A stretch of DNA of 64,000 nt from Alphaproteobacteria bacterium. GTDB lineage: Bacteria > Pseudomonadota > Alphaproteobacteria > Bin95. The stretch is taken from NCBI GenBank assembly GCA_964291285.2, contig OZ219789.1, positions 288,001 to 352,000 of the forward strand, given 5' to 3'. Positions 1 through 10,439 of the stretch are shown here, in pieces; positions within the stretch are counted from its first letter, which is position 1; each line of letters begins with the position of its first letter. Made by a program: the position numbers and the translations under genes. The notes under the pieces were generated by a model. It did not search any database. It had not been told where the DNA came from and worked only from the letters and a program-made list of their open reading frames with translations.

Positions 1-1
1 G

Positions 2-298
2 ATGCCGGAAAGCGGACAGGCCCATAGCCCGGATCGACAGGCTCCGGCCGGCGCCGGACCGTCCCGCCCGGCTTCGCCCCGGCCCGTCCCCGACGGCGAG
101 GAAGCCCCGGTGACAGGCAGGTTCCTGGTCAAGTCCCGGATGTTCACGCTCGGCATCGGCGCCGCCATGGACAGCCGTTTCGACAGCCGCGAGGAGGCGG
201 AAGCCTATATCGACCGGGCGATGAAGCACTTCCCGGGCAGCCGCTACGACATCCGCGAAGACGCCGCCGAACCCGGCCGGCAGCCGAAGGCGGAGTAA
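2..298 (+). CDS. Small hypothetical protein (start uncertain, possibly GTG near 109)
   Basis: C-terminal part (FDSREEAEAYIDRAMKHFPGSRYDI) looks protein-like; co-oriented with the downstream block. Confidence 0.4.
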   Translation: MPESGQAHSPDRQAPAGAGPSRPASPRPVPDGEEAPVTGRFLVKSRMFTLGIGAAMDSRFDSREEAEAYIDRAMKHFPGSRYDIREDAAEPGRQPKAE

Positions 299-623
299 GC
301 CCGGGCCCCGCGCGGTAGGGACCGCCCTTTACGGGATCGGCGAGGTGTCCGGCGAGGCGGAGGAGAAGGTGCGCGCCCTCGGTATGCCTGCCTTCGCCGC
401 CGACGGTCGACGCTTCGGCTGACACTGCCCGTCCGGGGCCCGCCTTGCGGCATTCGTCCCCGGGCCGGGTTTCCGACGGTTCCTTCCATCCCGCGTCTCC
501 GCGCCCTGCACCCGGAAGAGGCCGGTCGGCGGGGCGGGGGCAGTCCGGCGGGCCGGCGCGGGAGGACCCGTTCCGCGCCGCGTTTCCGCCGGTCTTCCGC
601 CCCTGCCGCACGGAGACCGCCCC

Positions 624-3600
624 ATGCTCGACGCCCGCCCGGCGCCGGACGCCCTCGCGCGTCCCCCTCTTCCCCAAACCGCCATCGATCCGCCCGCCAA
701 ACAGGCCCGCCCGGTGGCCGGCGACGCCCTGTTCGCCGCAGCCCGAGCCCTGCTGCCGGTGCTGGAGGCGGGCAAGTCTCTCGATGCCGCGACCCTCCGG
801 GAGACCATGACGGATGCCTTCGGCGGATCGGACGCTGCGGGCGCCTGGGTCTGGAAGGACGCCTACGAAGCTGCCGAGGCCGCCGTCGTCCTGTTCATGC
901 AGCGCTATGGCAATCCCATGCACGGCAATGCCGGCGCCGGGCCGGACGGGACCCGCCGCATGCTGGCGATGCTGGAGGCGGTCGCGGCGCTGGAGCCGTC
1001 GCACACCAGGCGCTCCGAGGAGCAGGTCCGGCTCCAGCAGTTCTCGACGCCGCTGCCGCTCGCCTGGGCGGTCCTCCAGGCGGCGGGAGTCCGTCCCGGC
1101 GATACCGTGCTGGAGCCCTCGGCCGGCACCGGCATGCTGGCGGCGATGGCGCAGTGCGCGCTCGGCGACCGGGTGCCGGGCGCGCTCTACCTTAACGAAT
1201 ACGCCCACACGCGGGCGCGCCTCCTCACCAGGCTCTTCCCCGAGGCCGTCGTCACCGCGTTCGATGCAGAGGCGATCGCGGACCGGCTGCGCGACGTCCG
1301 GCCGACGGTCGTGCTGATGAACCCGCCGTTCTCCGTCACGCCGGGGGTCGACCGCATCCGGCGCGACGCCGACCTGCGCCATGTCCGCTCGGCCGCCTCG
1401 ATGCTGCCGCCGGGCGGCCGGCTGGTGACGATCACCTCGGCCCATTGCGCGCCCGGCGACACCGTCGGCCCTCTCTACCCCCCGGCCCGCTGCATCTTCA
1501 CCATGGCGATCGACGGCCGCGCCTATGCAAGGCGCGGCACCGGCTTCGACACCCGCCTCACCGTGCTGGAACGCGGCGCCGGGCCCGGCGTAGATGGCCT
1601 GCCCCGGACGGGTTCCGGGGTGGACGGAACGGCACGTGCCGCCGACGCCCGCGAACTGCTCGATGCCGTCATCGCGCAAGTGCCGCCACGCCAGCCGGTC
1701 GCGCCCGTCCCGGCCGGCCCCGCGCGCGACCTGTTCGGCAAGGCGGTCGCGCCGAAGCCCGCGACGCGCCGCGGTCCCAGGCCTGCCTCGACGCCCGAGA
1801 CGCGGGCTGTCCATGACTGGGGGCCGGTCTCCGAACTCGTTGTCGAGACCGGGCCGGTCGAACCCTCCGATACCAACACCGGCTCTACCGCCGGCACCGG
1901 TCCCTACGCCCCCTGGCGGCCGGGCGCGGTGCGCGTGCCGGGGGCGGTCGAGCATCCGACGCCGCTGGTGCAGTCCGCCGCCATGGCCGCCGTGCCCCAT
2001 CCGGCGCCGGCCTGGCGACCCATTCTGCCCGAGCGCGTCGTGACGGACGGCCTGCTGTCGGACGCCCAGCTGGAGAGCGTCGTGCTCGCGGGCGAAGCCC
2101 ATTCCCGGCACCTGGAGGCCGAGTACCGCATCGGCTCCCAGTGGGAGACCGTCCACCGTTGCCCGGAAGACGGGGATGGTGACGGCGAAGAGATCGACAC
2201 TTCGTTCGTGACGGCAGACGGCGAAACCCTGTCGGAGCCGGCGCGCTTCCGCCGGGGATGGATGCTGGGCGACGGCACCGGCTGCGGCAAGGGCCGGCAG
2301 GTCGCCGCCATCATCCTCGACAACCGGCTGCGCGGACGGAAGAAGGCGCTGTGGCTGTCGCAGTCCGACAAGCTGCTGGAGGACGCGCGCCGCGACTGGA
2401 CCGCATTGGGCGGACTGGAGAGCGACGTCATCCCGCTCGGCAACTTCCGCCAGGGAATGGAGATACCACTCGACGGGGGCATCCTGTTCTCGACCTACGC
2501 CACGCTGCGCTCGCCGTCCCGGCAGGGGAAGCCGTCGCGTCTGGAGCAGATCGTGGAGTGGCTGGCCGGCTCGCTCGACGAGGAGGACCGCCACGCCTTC
2601 GACGGCGTTATCGTGTTCGACGAGGCCCACGCCATGGCGAATGCGGCCGGCTCGAAGTCCGAGCGCGGCGAGACCAAGCCGTCCCAGCAGGGGCGTGCCG
2701 GCTTGCGCTTGCAGAACGCGCTGCCCGACGCGCGCATCGCCTATGTGTCGGCGACCGGCGCCACCACCGTCCCCGGCCTCGCCTATGCCGGCAGGCTCGG
2801 ATTGTGGGCCGCCGGCGAGACGCCGTTCGAGAAACGCACGGACTTCGTCGCCGCCATGGAAGCCGGCGGCGTCGCCGCGATGGAGGTCGTGGCGCGGGAC
2901 CTGAAGGCCCTCGGCCTCTACCAGGCCCGCGCACTCGCCTATGACGGCGTCGAGGTCGACATCCTGGAGCACCCGCTGACGCCCGAACAGCGGCGCATCT
3001 ACGACGCCTATGCCGGCGCCTTCAAGGTGATCCATGCCAACATCGAGGAGGCCCTGAAGGCCACCGGCATCGTCCAGGGCGAGGAGACGCTGAACAGGAA
3101 CGCCAAGTCGGCGGCCTACAGCGCCTTCGAGGGCATGAAGCAGCGCTTCTTCGGCCATCTGCTGACCGGCATGAAGTGCCCCTCCCTGATCCGCGCCGTC
3201 GAGGCCGACCTCGATGCCGGCCGGTCGGCCGTCGTCCAGCTGGTCTCGACCGGCGAGGCGCTGATGGAGCGCAGGATCGCCGAGATCCCGGCCTCCGAGT
3301 GGGACGACCTCAATATCGACCTCACGCCCCGGGACGGCATCCTGTCGTTCCTGATGCACGCCTTCCCGGTGCAGTTGCAGGAGCCCTTCACCGACGACGG
3401 CGGCAACCTGATGAGCCGGCCCGCAACCGACGAGGACGGCAACCCGGTGATCTGCCGGGAAGCCGAGGAACGGCGCGATGCCCTGATCGAGAAGCTCGCC
3501 GCATTGCCGCCGGTGCCGACGGCACTCGACCAGGTCGTGCAGCATTTCGGGCACGAAGCCGTTGCCGAGGTCACGGGACGGTCGCGGCGGATCCTGCGCA

Positions 3601-5141
3601 TTGCGGACGGGAAGGGCGAACGGCTCTCGCTGCGCTCGCGGCCCGCGTCCGCCAACCTTGCCGAGACCGCCGCGTTCATGGACGGCGAGAAGCGCATCCT
3701 GGCGTTCTCCATGGCGGGAGGCACCGGGCGCAGCTACCACGCCGACCTGTCCTGCGCCAACATCGAGCGGCGCATCCACTATCTGCTGGAGCCCGGCTGG
3801 AGGGCCGACCAGGCGATCCAGGGGCTGGGCCGCACCCACCGCACCCACCAGGCCTCGGCGCCGCTGTTCCGGCCCGTCACCACCGACGTCAAGGGCGAGC
3901 GCCGGTTCATCGCCACCATCGCCAGAAGGCTGGACAGCCTGGGCGCCATCACCCGGGGCCAGCGCGACAGCCAGACCGCCATGGGCGGCAGCGACGCCGC
4001 GCTCTTCCGCGAGAGCGACAATCTCGAATCCGACTATGCCAAGGCTGCGCTCAGGCAGTTCTACAGCGCGCTCTGGCGCGGGCGTATCGAGGGCTGGAAC
4101 GCGGAACGGTTCCAGGAGTCGACCGGCCTCAAGATCGTTCATGAGGGCGGGCTCAAGGACGACCTGCCGCCGATGCCGAAGTTCCTCAACCGGCTGCTGG
4201 CGCTCCCCATCGCCGAGCAGAACCAGCTCTTCGCCGAGCTGGAGGCGCGCATCGCCAGCAATATCGAGCAGGCGATGGAGGCCGGCAGCTATGAGGTCGG
4301 CGTCGAGACCGTGGTTGCCGACTCCCTCCTTGTCGGCGGGCGGGAGACGCTCTACGAACATCCCGGCACCGGTGTGGCAACCGAGCTGGTCGAGATCGTC
4401 CGCCGCGACCGGCTCGTGCCGCTTTCCGCCGACGCTGCTCTCACCATGGGCGCCCGCGATCCGGCTCCGGATGGCAAGCCGCGGCTTGTCTTCAATAGCC
4501 GGTCCAGGCGCGCCGCTGTCCTGCTGCCGGCGCCGTTGCGCATGCTGGACAATGGCGGGGTGCAGGAACGGGTGCAGCTGATCCGCCCCGCCACCCGGGA
4601 CCGCATGGCCCAGGCCGAGTTCACCGCATCCAACTGGGGCCGTGCCGACGAACGCCAGTGGCGCCGCGTCTGGGACGACGAGGTCGCCGGCCTGCCGAGC
4701 CACCGGGAGTCCCGCTTCTGGCTCGCCTCCGGCCTGCTGCTGCCGGTCTGGGACCGCCTGCCGGCCGAGAACATGCGGGTCAGGCGGCTCACCAGCGATG
4801 ACGGTATCGCGCTCATCGGGCGTGTGCTCGACGCCGAGCAGGTTCGCTCGGTACGCGCCGGGTTCGGGCTCGACGGCGGCCCCGCCATGTCCGGCGCGGA
4901 AGCCTTCGCGGCGGTCATGGACCGGGGCAACGCGCTTTCCCTCGCCAACGGCTGGCGTCTCGCGCGCCGACGGCTGATGGGCAGCAACCGCGTCGAGATC
5001 GAGGGGCCGGCCGACACCGACCTGCCCGCGCTGCGGCGCATGGGATGCACGGTCGAGATCGTCTCGTTCCGCGCCCGGATATTCGCGCCCAATGCCGGCG
5101 CGGTGGAGCGCATCCTGGACCGCTGGCCGCTCGCCGCGTGA
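624..5141 (+). CDS. Strawberry-notch family protein (N-terminal methyltransferase-like domain + SF2 helicase)
   Basis: QFSTP, LEPSAGTG and NPPF MTase-like motifs; GDGTGCGKGR Walker A, FDEAH, SATG, QGLGRTHR; GGAG RBS upstream. Confidence 0.92.
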   Translation: MLDARPAPDALARPPLPQTAIDPPAKQARPVAGDALFAAARALLPVLEAGKSLDAATLRETMTDAFGGSDAAGAWVWKDAYEAAEAAVVLFMQRYGNPMHGNAGAGPDGTRRMLAMLEAVAALEPSHTRRSEEQVRLQQFSTPLPLAWAVLQAAGVRPGDTVLEPSAGTGMLAAMAQCALGDRVPGALYLNEYAHTRARLLTRLFPEAVVTAFDAEAIADRLRDVRPTVVLMNPPFSVTPGVDRIRRDADLRHVRSAASMLPPGGRLVTITSAHCAPGDTVGPLYPPARCIFTMAIDGRAYARRGTGFDTRLTVLERGAGPGVDGLPRTGSGVDGTARAADARELLDAVIAQVPPRQPVAPVPAGPARDLFGKAVAPKPATRRGPRPASTPETRAVHDWGPVSELVVETGPVEPSDTNTGSTAGTGPYAPWRPGAVRVPGAVEHPTPLVQSAAMAAVPHPAPAWRPILPERVVTDGLLSDAQLESVVLAGEAHSRHLEAEYRIGSQWETVHRCPEDGDGDGEEIDTSFVTADGETLSEPARFRRGWMLGDGTGCGKGRQVAAIILDNRLRGRKKALWLSQSDKLLEDARRDWTALGGLESDVIPLGNFRQGMEIPLDGGILFSTYATLRSPSRQGKPSRLEQIVEWLAGSLDEEDRHAFDGVIVFDEAHAMANAAGSKSERGETKPSQQGRAGLRLQNALPDARIAYVSATGATTVPGLAYAGRLGLWAAGETPFEKRTDFVAAMEAGGVAAMEVVARDLKALGLYQARALAYDGVEVDILEHPLTPEQRRIYDAYAGAFKVIHANIEEALKATGIVQGEETLNRNAKSAAYSAFEGMKQRFFGHLLTGMKCPSLIRAVEADLDAGRSAVVQLVSTGEALMERRIAEIPASEWDDLNIDLTPRDGILSFLMHAFPVQLQEPFTDDGGNLMSRPATDEDGNPVICREAEERRDALIEKLAALPPVPTALDQVVQHFGHEAVAEVTGRSRRILRIADGKGERLSLRSRPASANLAETAAFMDGEKRILAFSMAGGTGRSYHADLSCANIERRIHYLLEPGWRADQAIQGLGRTHRTHQASAPLFRPVTTDVKGERRFIATIARRLDSLGAITRGQRDSQTAMGGSDAALFRESDNLESDYAKAALRQFYSALWRGRIEGWNAERFQESTGLKIVHEGGLKDDLPPMPKFLNRLLALPIAEQNQLFAELEARIASNIEQAMEAGSYEVGVETVVADSLLVGGRETLYEHPGTGVATELVEIVRRDRLVPLSADAALTMGARDPAPDGKPRLVFNSRSRRAAVLLPAPLRMLDNGGVQERVQLIRPATRDRMAQAEFTASNWGRADERQWRRVWDDEVAGLPSHRESRFWLASGLLLPVWDRLPAENMRVRRLTSDDGIALIGRVLDAEQVRSVRAGFGLDGGPAMSGAEAFAAVMDRGNALSLANGWRLARRRLMGSNRVEIEGPADTDLPALRRMGCTVEIVSFRARIFAPNAGAVERILDRWPLAA

Positions 5142-5234
5142 CACCCGGAGAATTCACCCGTTCAATGCCCGGCCGGGATACGTATCGCCGGCCGGGCGGC
5201 GGCCGCTGCCGCCGCAACCCAAGGAGAGGCCCCC

Positions 5235-5504
5235 ATGACCGCGCAGACCCTGCCGGACGAACCCAATTTCTGTTTCGCGCCGGCCTACGATGTCGAGACC
5301 GAGGTGCAGCAGATCCACATCGTCATCGAAGGCCTCGCCGGCCATGTCCCGACCGCGCTGGTCACGCTCGACCTCGACCAGGCGCTCGACATCTGCGACA
5401 AGCTGAACCGCCGGCTCGGCCTGGACCGGGAGGCGTGGACCGCCATGGTGGCCGAATCCATGCGCGCCGAGGACGGCGACCCGGAGAACGGCACGCGGCA
5501 TTGA
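5235..5504 (+). CDS. Hypothetical protein, 89 aa
   Basis: AAGGAG RBS; typical coding composition. Confidence 0.7.
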   Translation: MTAQTLPDEPNFCFAPAYDVETEVQQIHIVIEGLAGHVPTALVTLDLDQALDICDKLNRRLGLDREAWTAMVAESMRAEDGDPENGTRH

Positions 5505-5590
5505 GCCCGCCGCCTTGCTGCCTTTCTACACCATTGCTATATCCTGAACTTGGCGAGCGCGCTGGCGCAGCCGGAAGGAAGGAGACCCGC

Positions 5591-5848
5591 ATGCCCCAGG
5601 TGAATTTCCGCGCGTCCAGCGAACGCCTGGCCGTCATCGACCGCGCCGCGGCCATCCGGGGCGTCAGCCGGACCGAGTTCGTGCTCCGGTCGAGCGAAGC
5701 GGCGGCGATCGAGGTCCTCAACGAGCGTCCCGTGATCGCCCTCGACGACGAGGCATGGGACGACTTCCTTGCCGCGCTCGACGCGCCGGTGGAGATCGAC
5801 CCCGCCGTGAAGGCGCGTTACGCGCGCCGGCCCCAGTGGGACCGCTAG
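5591..5848 (+). CDS. DUF1778 (TacA-like) RHH antitoxin
   Basis: VNFRASSERLAVIDRAAAIRGVSRTEFVL...IALDDEAWDDFLAALDAP; AAGGAG RBS; directly upstream of a GNAT gene. Confidence 0.9.
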   Translation: MPQVNFRASSERLAVIDRAAAIRGVSRTEFVLRSSEAAAIEVLNERPVIALDDEAWDDFLAALDAPVEIDPAVKARYARRPQWDR

Positions 5849-6339
5849 GCCCGCCGGAGCCGCTCGCCTCCCGCCACGACATCTCGCAGTTCTCCTCGGG
5901 CGTCCCCACTCTCGACGCCTGGCTCCGGGGCAAGGCAAGGCTGAACGAGGCCAGGGGCGGCGCGCGCACCTATGTCGCCTGCGACGGCGACCGCGTGGCC
6001 GGGTTCTACAGCCTCGCCGCCAGCTCCGTCGAACGGAGCCGGGTGTCGTCCCGGGTCGGCCGGAACATGCCCGACCCGGTCCCGGTCATCCTGCTGGGAC
6101 AGCTCGCGGTGGACGAGGCCTACCGGGGCCGGCGCCTCGGTTCCGACCTCCTGGTGGACGCGGCCGGGCGCTCGCTCGCCGCCGCCGGCACGGTCGGCGC
6201 CCGCGCCGTCATCGTGCAGGCCATAGACGAACGCGCAACGGCGTTCTACGAACGGTTCGGCTTCCGTCCGTTCTCGGAGCGCGAGCCGCTGATGCTGGCC
6301 CTGCGGATGTCGGAGATCGCCGGCCTTCTGGACGCGTAA
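5836..6339 (+). CDS. GNAT acetyltransferase toxin (TacT/AtaT-like)
   Basis: HDISQFSSG..LDAWL, PVPVILLGQLAVD, YRGRRLGSDLL acetyl-CoA motif, AFYERFGF; GTG start overlaps the antitoxin end. Confidence 0.9.
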   Translation: MGPLGPPEPLASRHDISQFSSGVPTLDAWLRGKARLNEARGGARTYVACDGDRVAGFYSLAASSVERSRVSSRVGRNMPDPVPVILLGQLAVDEAYRGRRLGSDLLVDAAGRSLAAAGTVGARAVIVQAIDERATAFYERFGFRPFSEREPLMLALRMSEIAGLLDA

Positions 6340-6485
6340 GCTGCGCAGCCGGCCCGCCGTCCGCCGCTCGCGACCCAATGCGCCTGCCGCCGCAAGTGCC
6401 TCCATGCGGCGGTGCGGCCCGGACTATCCGATGCCGGAATAGCCGCTGCGGAAAGATCGGGACAAGTACCGGCGCCGATCGACGG

Positions 6486-7145
6486 TCAGACGGCTGCTTC
6501 CACGGTGATCACCAAGCGTTTCCCGAAGCGGGCCAGGGCCTCCTCCAGCCGGCCGATCTTGGTGGCGTGGCGAGGGTCGAGCATGCGGCGAACCTCGCTT
6601 TCCTGGACGCCCAGGGCCACCGCGAAGGCGCTGTTGGACAGCCGCTGCTCGCGCCGGGCCTCGTAGAGAGCTGCCTTGGCGGCCAGGACCGCGCCGGGAA
6701 CCACCGTCGGCCGGCCCTTCGCAGGGCTCGGCGCGGGAATGTCCTCGCGCCGCGCCATGCGGCCCGCCAGCGCCTCCTCCAGGCAGTCGGCGGCTTCGGC
6801 GACCGCCTCGGCAACCGTATCGCCGTCCGTGAACGCCTCGTCGAAGTCCGGGAAGGTCGCCGAATATCCGCCCTCGCGTTCCTCGTGGAGGTCGATGGGG
6901 TAGCTGTATCGGGTTGCCATGGTCGGAACTCCCTGAAGGTCGTTCGGGTCGATGCCGAGCTGCTTGCACATGCCGCGCAGCGTGCTGGCTTTGAGCGGCT
7001 TCCTGCGGTTCTTCACCACTGTGAGGCGGTCGCCGTGGTACAGGGTCCCGTGACTGCCCTTGCCTCTTGTCCTGTCGAACCTGACCGCGATCCCGTTCCT
7101 GCGCGCCAGCCGTCTCGCTTTCGCCATGAATTCGCGCCCGTTCAC
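6486..7145 (-). CDS. HicA toxin fused in frame to HicB antitoxin (HicB retains own RBS/ATG at 6920)
   Basis: HicA GKGSH motif and STLRGMCKQLGI; HicB YSATFPDFDEAFTDGDTVAEAV plus C-terminal HTH; no stop codon between them. Confidence 0.85.
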   Translation of the reverse strand: MNGREFMAKARRLARRNGIAVRFDRTRGKGSHGTLYHGDRLTVVKNRRKPLKASTLRGMCKQLGIDPNDLQGVPTMATRYSYPIDLHEEREGGYSATFPDFDEAFTDGDTVAEAVAEAADCLEEALAGRMARREDIPAPSPAKGRPTVVPGAVLAAKAALYEARREQRLSNSAFAVALGVQESEVRRMLDPRHATKIGRLEEALARFGKRLVITVEAAV

Positions 7146-7326
7146 CGGCGGCACGTTCGCACAAAAATGCGCGAATGGCCAATGGCTGCCTCACGGACAT
7201 TCCTGCGCGAGCCGGTGAAGGCAGGGGCCGGACCGCATATCGCCGTGGAGGTGGAGAAGAGCGGTCCGGGAGCGAAGCCGCTGACGGAGAGGGAGCGGCG
7301 GCAATCGTAACCGGGGAGATCGGGGC

Positions 7327-7863
7327 ATGGCGACATTGCGATATGCGGGGATCGGGGCGCGGGCAACGCCGGTATCCGTGTTGGCCGACATGACCGTGAT
7401 GGCGGGATGGCTGGCGCGGACCGGCTGGCATCTGTCTTCCGGCGGAGCGGACGGGGCCGATGCTGCGTTTGCGGCGGAAGCGCCGGCGGAGCAGCGGACG
7501 GTGTGGCTGCCGTGGCGGGGCTATAACGGGCATCGGGGTCCGGACTGCCGGGTGCTGTCGGCGGCGGCGATGACGGCGTGCCTGGAGATCGCGGCGCCCC
7601 TGCATCCGGCCTGGGAGCGGTGTTCGCCGGCCGTCCGCAAGCTGCATGCCCGGAACGCGGCGGTGCTGTTGGGCGAGGCGTTGGACCGGCCGGTGGATGC
7701 GGTCGTGTGCTGGAGCGAACGCGGCGCGGTAACCGGCGGCACGGGGATGGCCATCCGCATCGCCCAGGCCCGCGGCATCCCGGTGCTCAATCTCGGATCG
7801 ATGACGCCGCGTGCCGTCTGCGAGCGCCTGGCCGCGATCCGCCGCGCCGTCCATCCGTCGTAG
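7327..7863 (+). CDS. SLOG-superfamily (DprA-like) protein
   Basis: YAGIGARATP, SGGADGAD, LHARN, GGTGMAIRIA...GIPVLN motifs. Confidence 0.75.
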   Translation: MATLRYAGIGARATPVSVLADMTVMAGWLARTGWHLSSGGADGADAAFAAEAPAEQRTVWLPWRGYNGHRGPDCRVLSAAAMTACLEIAAPLHPAWERCSPAVRKLHARNAAVLLGEALDRPVDAVVCWSERGAVTGGTGMAIRIAQARGIPVLNLGSMTPRAVCERLAAIRRAVHPS

Positions 7864-7965
7864 AGGAGGAGGCGAGCGCCTGTCGGGCGAGTGTCCGGCA
7901 GGGCCGGCGGGAGTGGGTCCCCCGCGCCGATGCCGGACCGGGCAACGGCAGAGGAGGTCCCGCCC

Positions 7966-8193
7966 ATGTTCCACCCCGATACATCCCTCGACCGGCTGGC
8001 CGAACTGGGCATCGACCCGGCGGCGGTCCGCGAGGTCGTCGAGGACGAGCGCGCGATCCGCTGTCCCGACCGGAGCGCGGTCTATCCCGCATACGGCTTC
8101 GCGAGCCTCACCCCGGAACCGGCGCTGGAACCGGGCCTGGCGGAGCCGCCGGAGCCCTGGGACCCGGCGTCGTCGCTCCCTCCGGCCGGGTAG
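7966..8193 (+). CDS. Small hypothetical protein
   Basis: GGAGG RBS; homolog at 42537-42743 (MFHPDTSLD...ERAIRCPDR). Confidence 0.6.
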   Translation: MFHPDTSLDRLAELGIDPAAVREVVEDERAIRCPDRSAVYPAYGFASLTPEPALEPGLAEPPEPWDPASSLPPAG

Positions 8194-8302
8194 AGGTGGA
8201 GGAGGGCTTGAAGAGATTGAACGGTCGGGGGTTCGGGGGAGTGATCCCGGTCCCGGCCGTTCGCAACCCATCGTCAGCATCCAGACCCATGAGGAGATCG
8301 TC

Positions 8303-8767
8303 ATGGCATTCGGAAAGAACTACGCGGAAGTGGTCGGCCGCCTCGGCGCGGACGTCACCGTCAACCACCTCGCCTCGGGCGGGCGCGTCGCCAATCTGAG
8401 CATCGCGACCGACGAGTCGTACATCGATCGCAACTCCGGCCAGAAGATGGACCGGACCGAATGGCATCGGGCGGTCACGTTCCAGGACGGCCTCATCGAC
8501 ATGCTCCAGAAGCACGCGACCAAGGGCCGGCTCATCAGCGTCGAGGGCAAGATGCAGACCCGGCGCTGGCGCAAGGAGGGCGAGGACTCCGACCGCTTCT
8601 CGACCGAGATCATCGTCGTGCCGGGCCACCGGGTGCAGTTCTACGACAAGCCGAACGGCGCGGCGACACAGGCCGATCCCGCCATGACCGGCCACAATGG
8701 CGGCCCGCCCCTCGACGACACCCCGGCTTCGCTGCCCGCCGGCCTGGACGACGACATCCCGTTCTGA
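8303..8767 (+). CDS. ssb: Single-stranded DNA-binding protein
   Basis: GRLGAD, NLSIATDE, TEWHR, EGKMQTRRW and acidic DDDIPF tail. Confidence 0.95.
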   Translation: MAFGKNYAEVVGRLGADVTVNHLASGGRVANLSIATDESYIDRNSGQKMDRTEWHRAVTFQDGLIDMLQKHATKGRLISVEGKMQTRRWRKEGEDSDRFSTEIIVVPGHRVQFYDKPNGAATQADPAMTGHNGGPPLDDTPASLPAGLDDDIPF

Positions 8768-8796
8768 GTCCGTCCTCTCTCCTCCCTCCCGCCTCG

Positions 8797-8829
8797 GGGG
8801 CCGGCGCTTCGCGTCGGTCCCCATTTTTT
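8797..8829 (+). terminator. Rho-independent terminator after ssb
   Basis: GGGGCCGGCGC-TTC-GCGTCGGTCCCC stem followed by T6; similar hairpin after the second ssb. Confidence 0.65.
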
Positions 8830-8962
8830 GTGCAGCCGATCCGGAGGCGTCCCGTCCGGGCCGCGCCCTCGCGCTTCGCGCGGCGCACTCGCCCTCCGGC
8901 GCCGGCCGGAGGCGGAGGCCGGCCGGTACCGGGCGTCCCGCATGGCTTGAAGGAGGTCCCGC

Positions 8963-10054
8963 ATGCAGCACGAACCGTCTCCCGCCGCCGCCGTCGCCGC
9001 CGCGCTTGCCGCGCGCGCCGAGGACGTCTGCCGGCAATATCTGCCGCATGGCCGCCGGCAGGGCCGCTACTGGATCTGCGGCGACCTCGACGGCGCTCGT
9101 GGGCGCTCGCTCTTCGTCCGCCTCTCCGGCTCGGGCAAGCCGGGCGGCTGGACGGATGCGGCAACGGGGCAGCACGGCGACCTGCTCGACCTCATCCGCT
9201 ACCGCTCGCGCGCGCCGACGCTGCGCGCGGCGCTCGACGAGGCGCGGCGGTTCCTCGCCTTGCCGCCCGCCCCGGACTTCGTTCCGGGCCCCCCGGACGC
9301 GCCTTACGACGCGACCGAGGCCGCGCGGCGCCTGTGGCGGCGCTGTCGCCCCATCGCCGGCAGCCATGCGGAGCGCTATCTGCACGCGCGCGGGCTCGCG
9401 CGCTGCCGCTTCGCGGCGCTGCGCTATCATCCCTCGCTTCGCTACCTCGAAGGCTCGGCGGTGCGCCGCTTCCCGGCGCTGGTCGCCGCCGTCACCGGCG
9501 ACGACGGCCGCCTGCACGGCCTGCATCGCACCTGGCTCGATCCGCGCCGACCCGCCAAGGCGGGCGTCGCGCTGCCGCGCAAGGCGCTCGGGCGCATTCG
9601 CGGCCTCGCCGTGCGCTTCGGCGCGCCTGCCGGCGGCCTCGCGCCGCTCGTCGTCGGCGAGGGCATCGAGACGGTGCTCTCGCTGGTGACTGCCGTGCCG
9701 GAGATCCGGGCGGCCGCGGCGCTGTCGGCCGGCAGCCTCGGCGCGTTCGCGCCGCCGCCCGGCACGGCCCGCCTCGTCATCGCCCGCGACAATGACGAGG
9801 ACGGCGCGCTCGCCGCCGAGCGCCTCGCCCGGCGCTGCGCGCAAGCGGGCGTCGCCGCCACCGTCATCGTGCCCGTCGGCAACGACTTCAACGACGACCT
9901 CGTCGATCTGGGCGCCGCCGCGCTCCGCGCCCGCTTCGCGCCGCTGTTCCGCGCCGGAGCCCGCCCGGCGGTTGCCGGAGGAAAAGAAAAGCCGGGGGCC
10001 GGGCGAGCCGACCCGGAGAGAGGAGGGAGCCGATGGATGCCGTCATCAACCTGA
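8963..10054 (+). CDS. Toprim-domain primase-like protein of conjugative elements
   Basis: N-terminal CRQYLPHG..W..GD..G domain, LHRTWL, VGEGIET and IARDND toprim motifs. Confidence 0.88.
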   Translation: MQHEPSPAAAVAAALAARAEDVCRQYLPHGRRQGRYWICGDLDGARGRSLFVRLSGSGKPGGWTDAATGQHGDLLDLIRYRSRAPTLRAALDEARRFLALPPAPDFVPGPPDAPYDATEAARRLWRRCRPIAGSHAERYLHARGLARCRFAALRYHPSLRYLEGSAVRRFPALVAAVTGDDGRLHGLHRTWLDPRRPAKAGVALPRKALGRIRGLAVRFGAPAGGLAPLVVGEGIETVLSLVTAVPEIRAAAALSAGSLGAFAPPPGTARLVIARDNDEDGALAAERLARRCAQAGVAATVIVPVGNDFNDDLVDLGAAALRARFAPLFRAGARPAVAGGKEKPGAGRADPERGGSRWMPSST

Positions 10055-10365
10055 AGCGCGAACCCCGACTGCGCGAGGCGTTCGAACATGCGCTTGTGGT
10101 CAACAACACCGTGCTGGTCGACCGCCGCACGAAATGGGGGAACCGCTTCGAAGACGAGCCCGGCCTGTCGCCCGCGCAGGCAGTCGCCTGCTACCGCGCG
10201 GACCTCTGGCATCGCATCCGCGCGGGCGAGGTCTCGGTGGAGGAACTGGCCGCACTGGACGGCTGCTGGCTCGCCTGCTGGTCCGACCCTCCCTGCCACG
10301 GCGACGTGCTGGCGCGCGCAGCGCATTGGGCGGCCGGGCAGCTGGCGGAGCGGGCCGATGCGTGA
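10033..10365 (+). CDS. DUF4326-like protein
   Basis: VDRRTKWGNRF and LACWSDPPCHGDVL motifs. Confidence 0.8.
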   Translation: MDAVINLKREPRLREAFEHALVVNNTVLVDRRTKWGNRFEDEPGLSPAQAVACYRADLWHRIRAGEVSVEELAALDGCWLACWSDPPCHGDVLARAAHWAAGQLAERADA

Positions 10366-10439
10366 CGCGACGCCGTGCTTCCCCTCGAACGCCGCACCAG
10401 GCCGAACCGCCCATGGGGTCCGTGCGGGTGGAGAGAATA

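Noticed and set aside
144-5144. 1666-aa antisense ORF
   Set aside because: Shadow of the strawberry-notch gene; expected from high-GC codon bias and has no motifs
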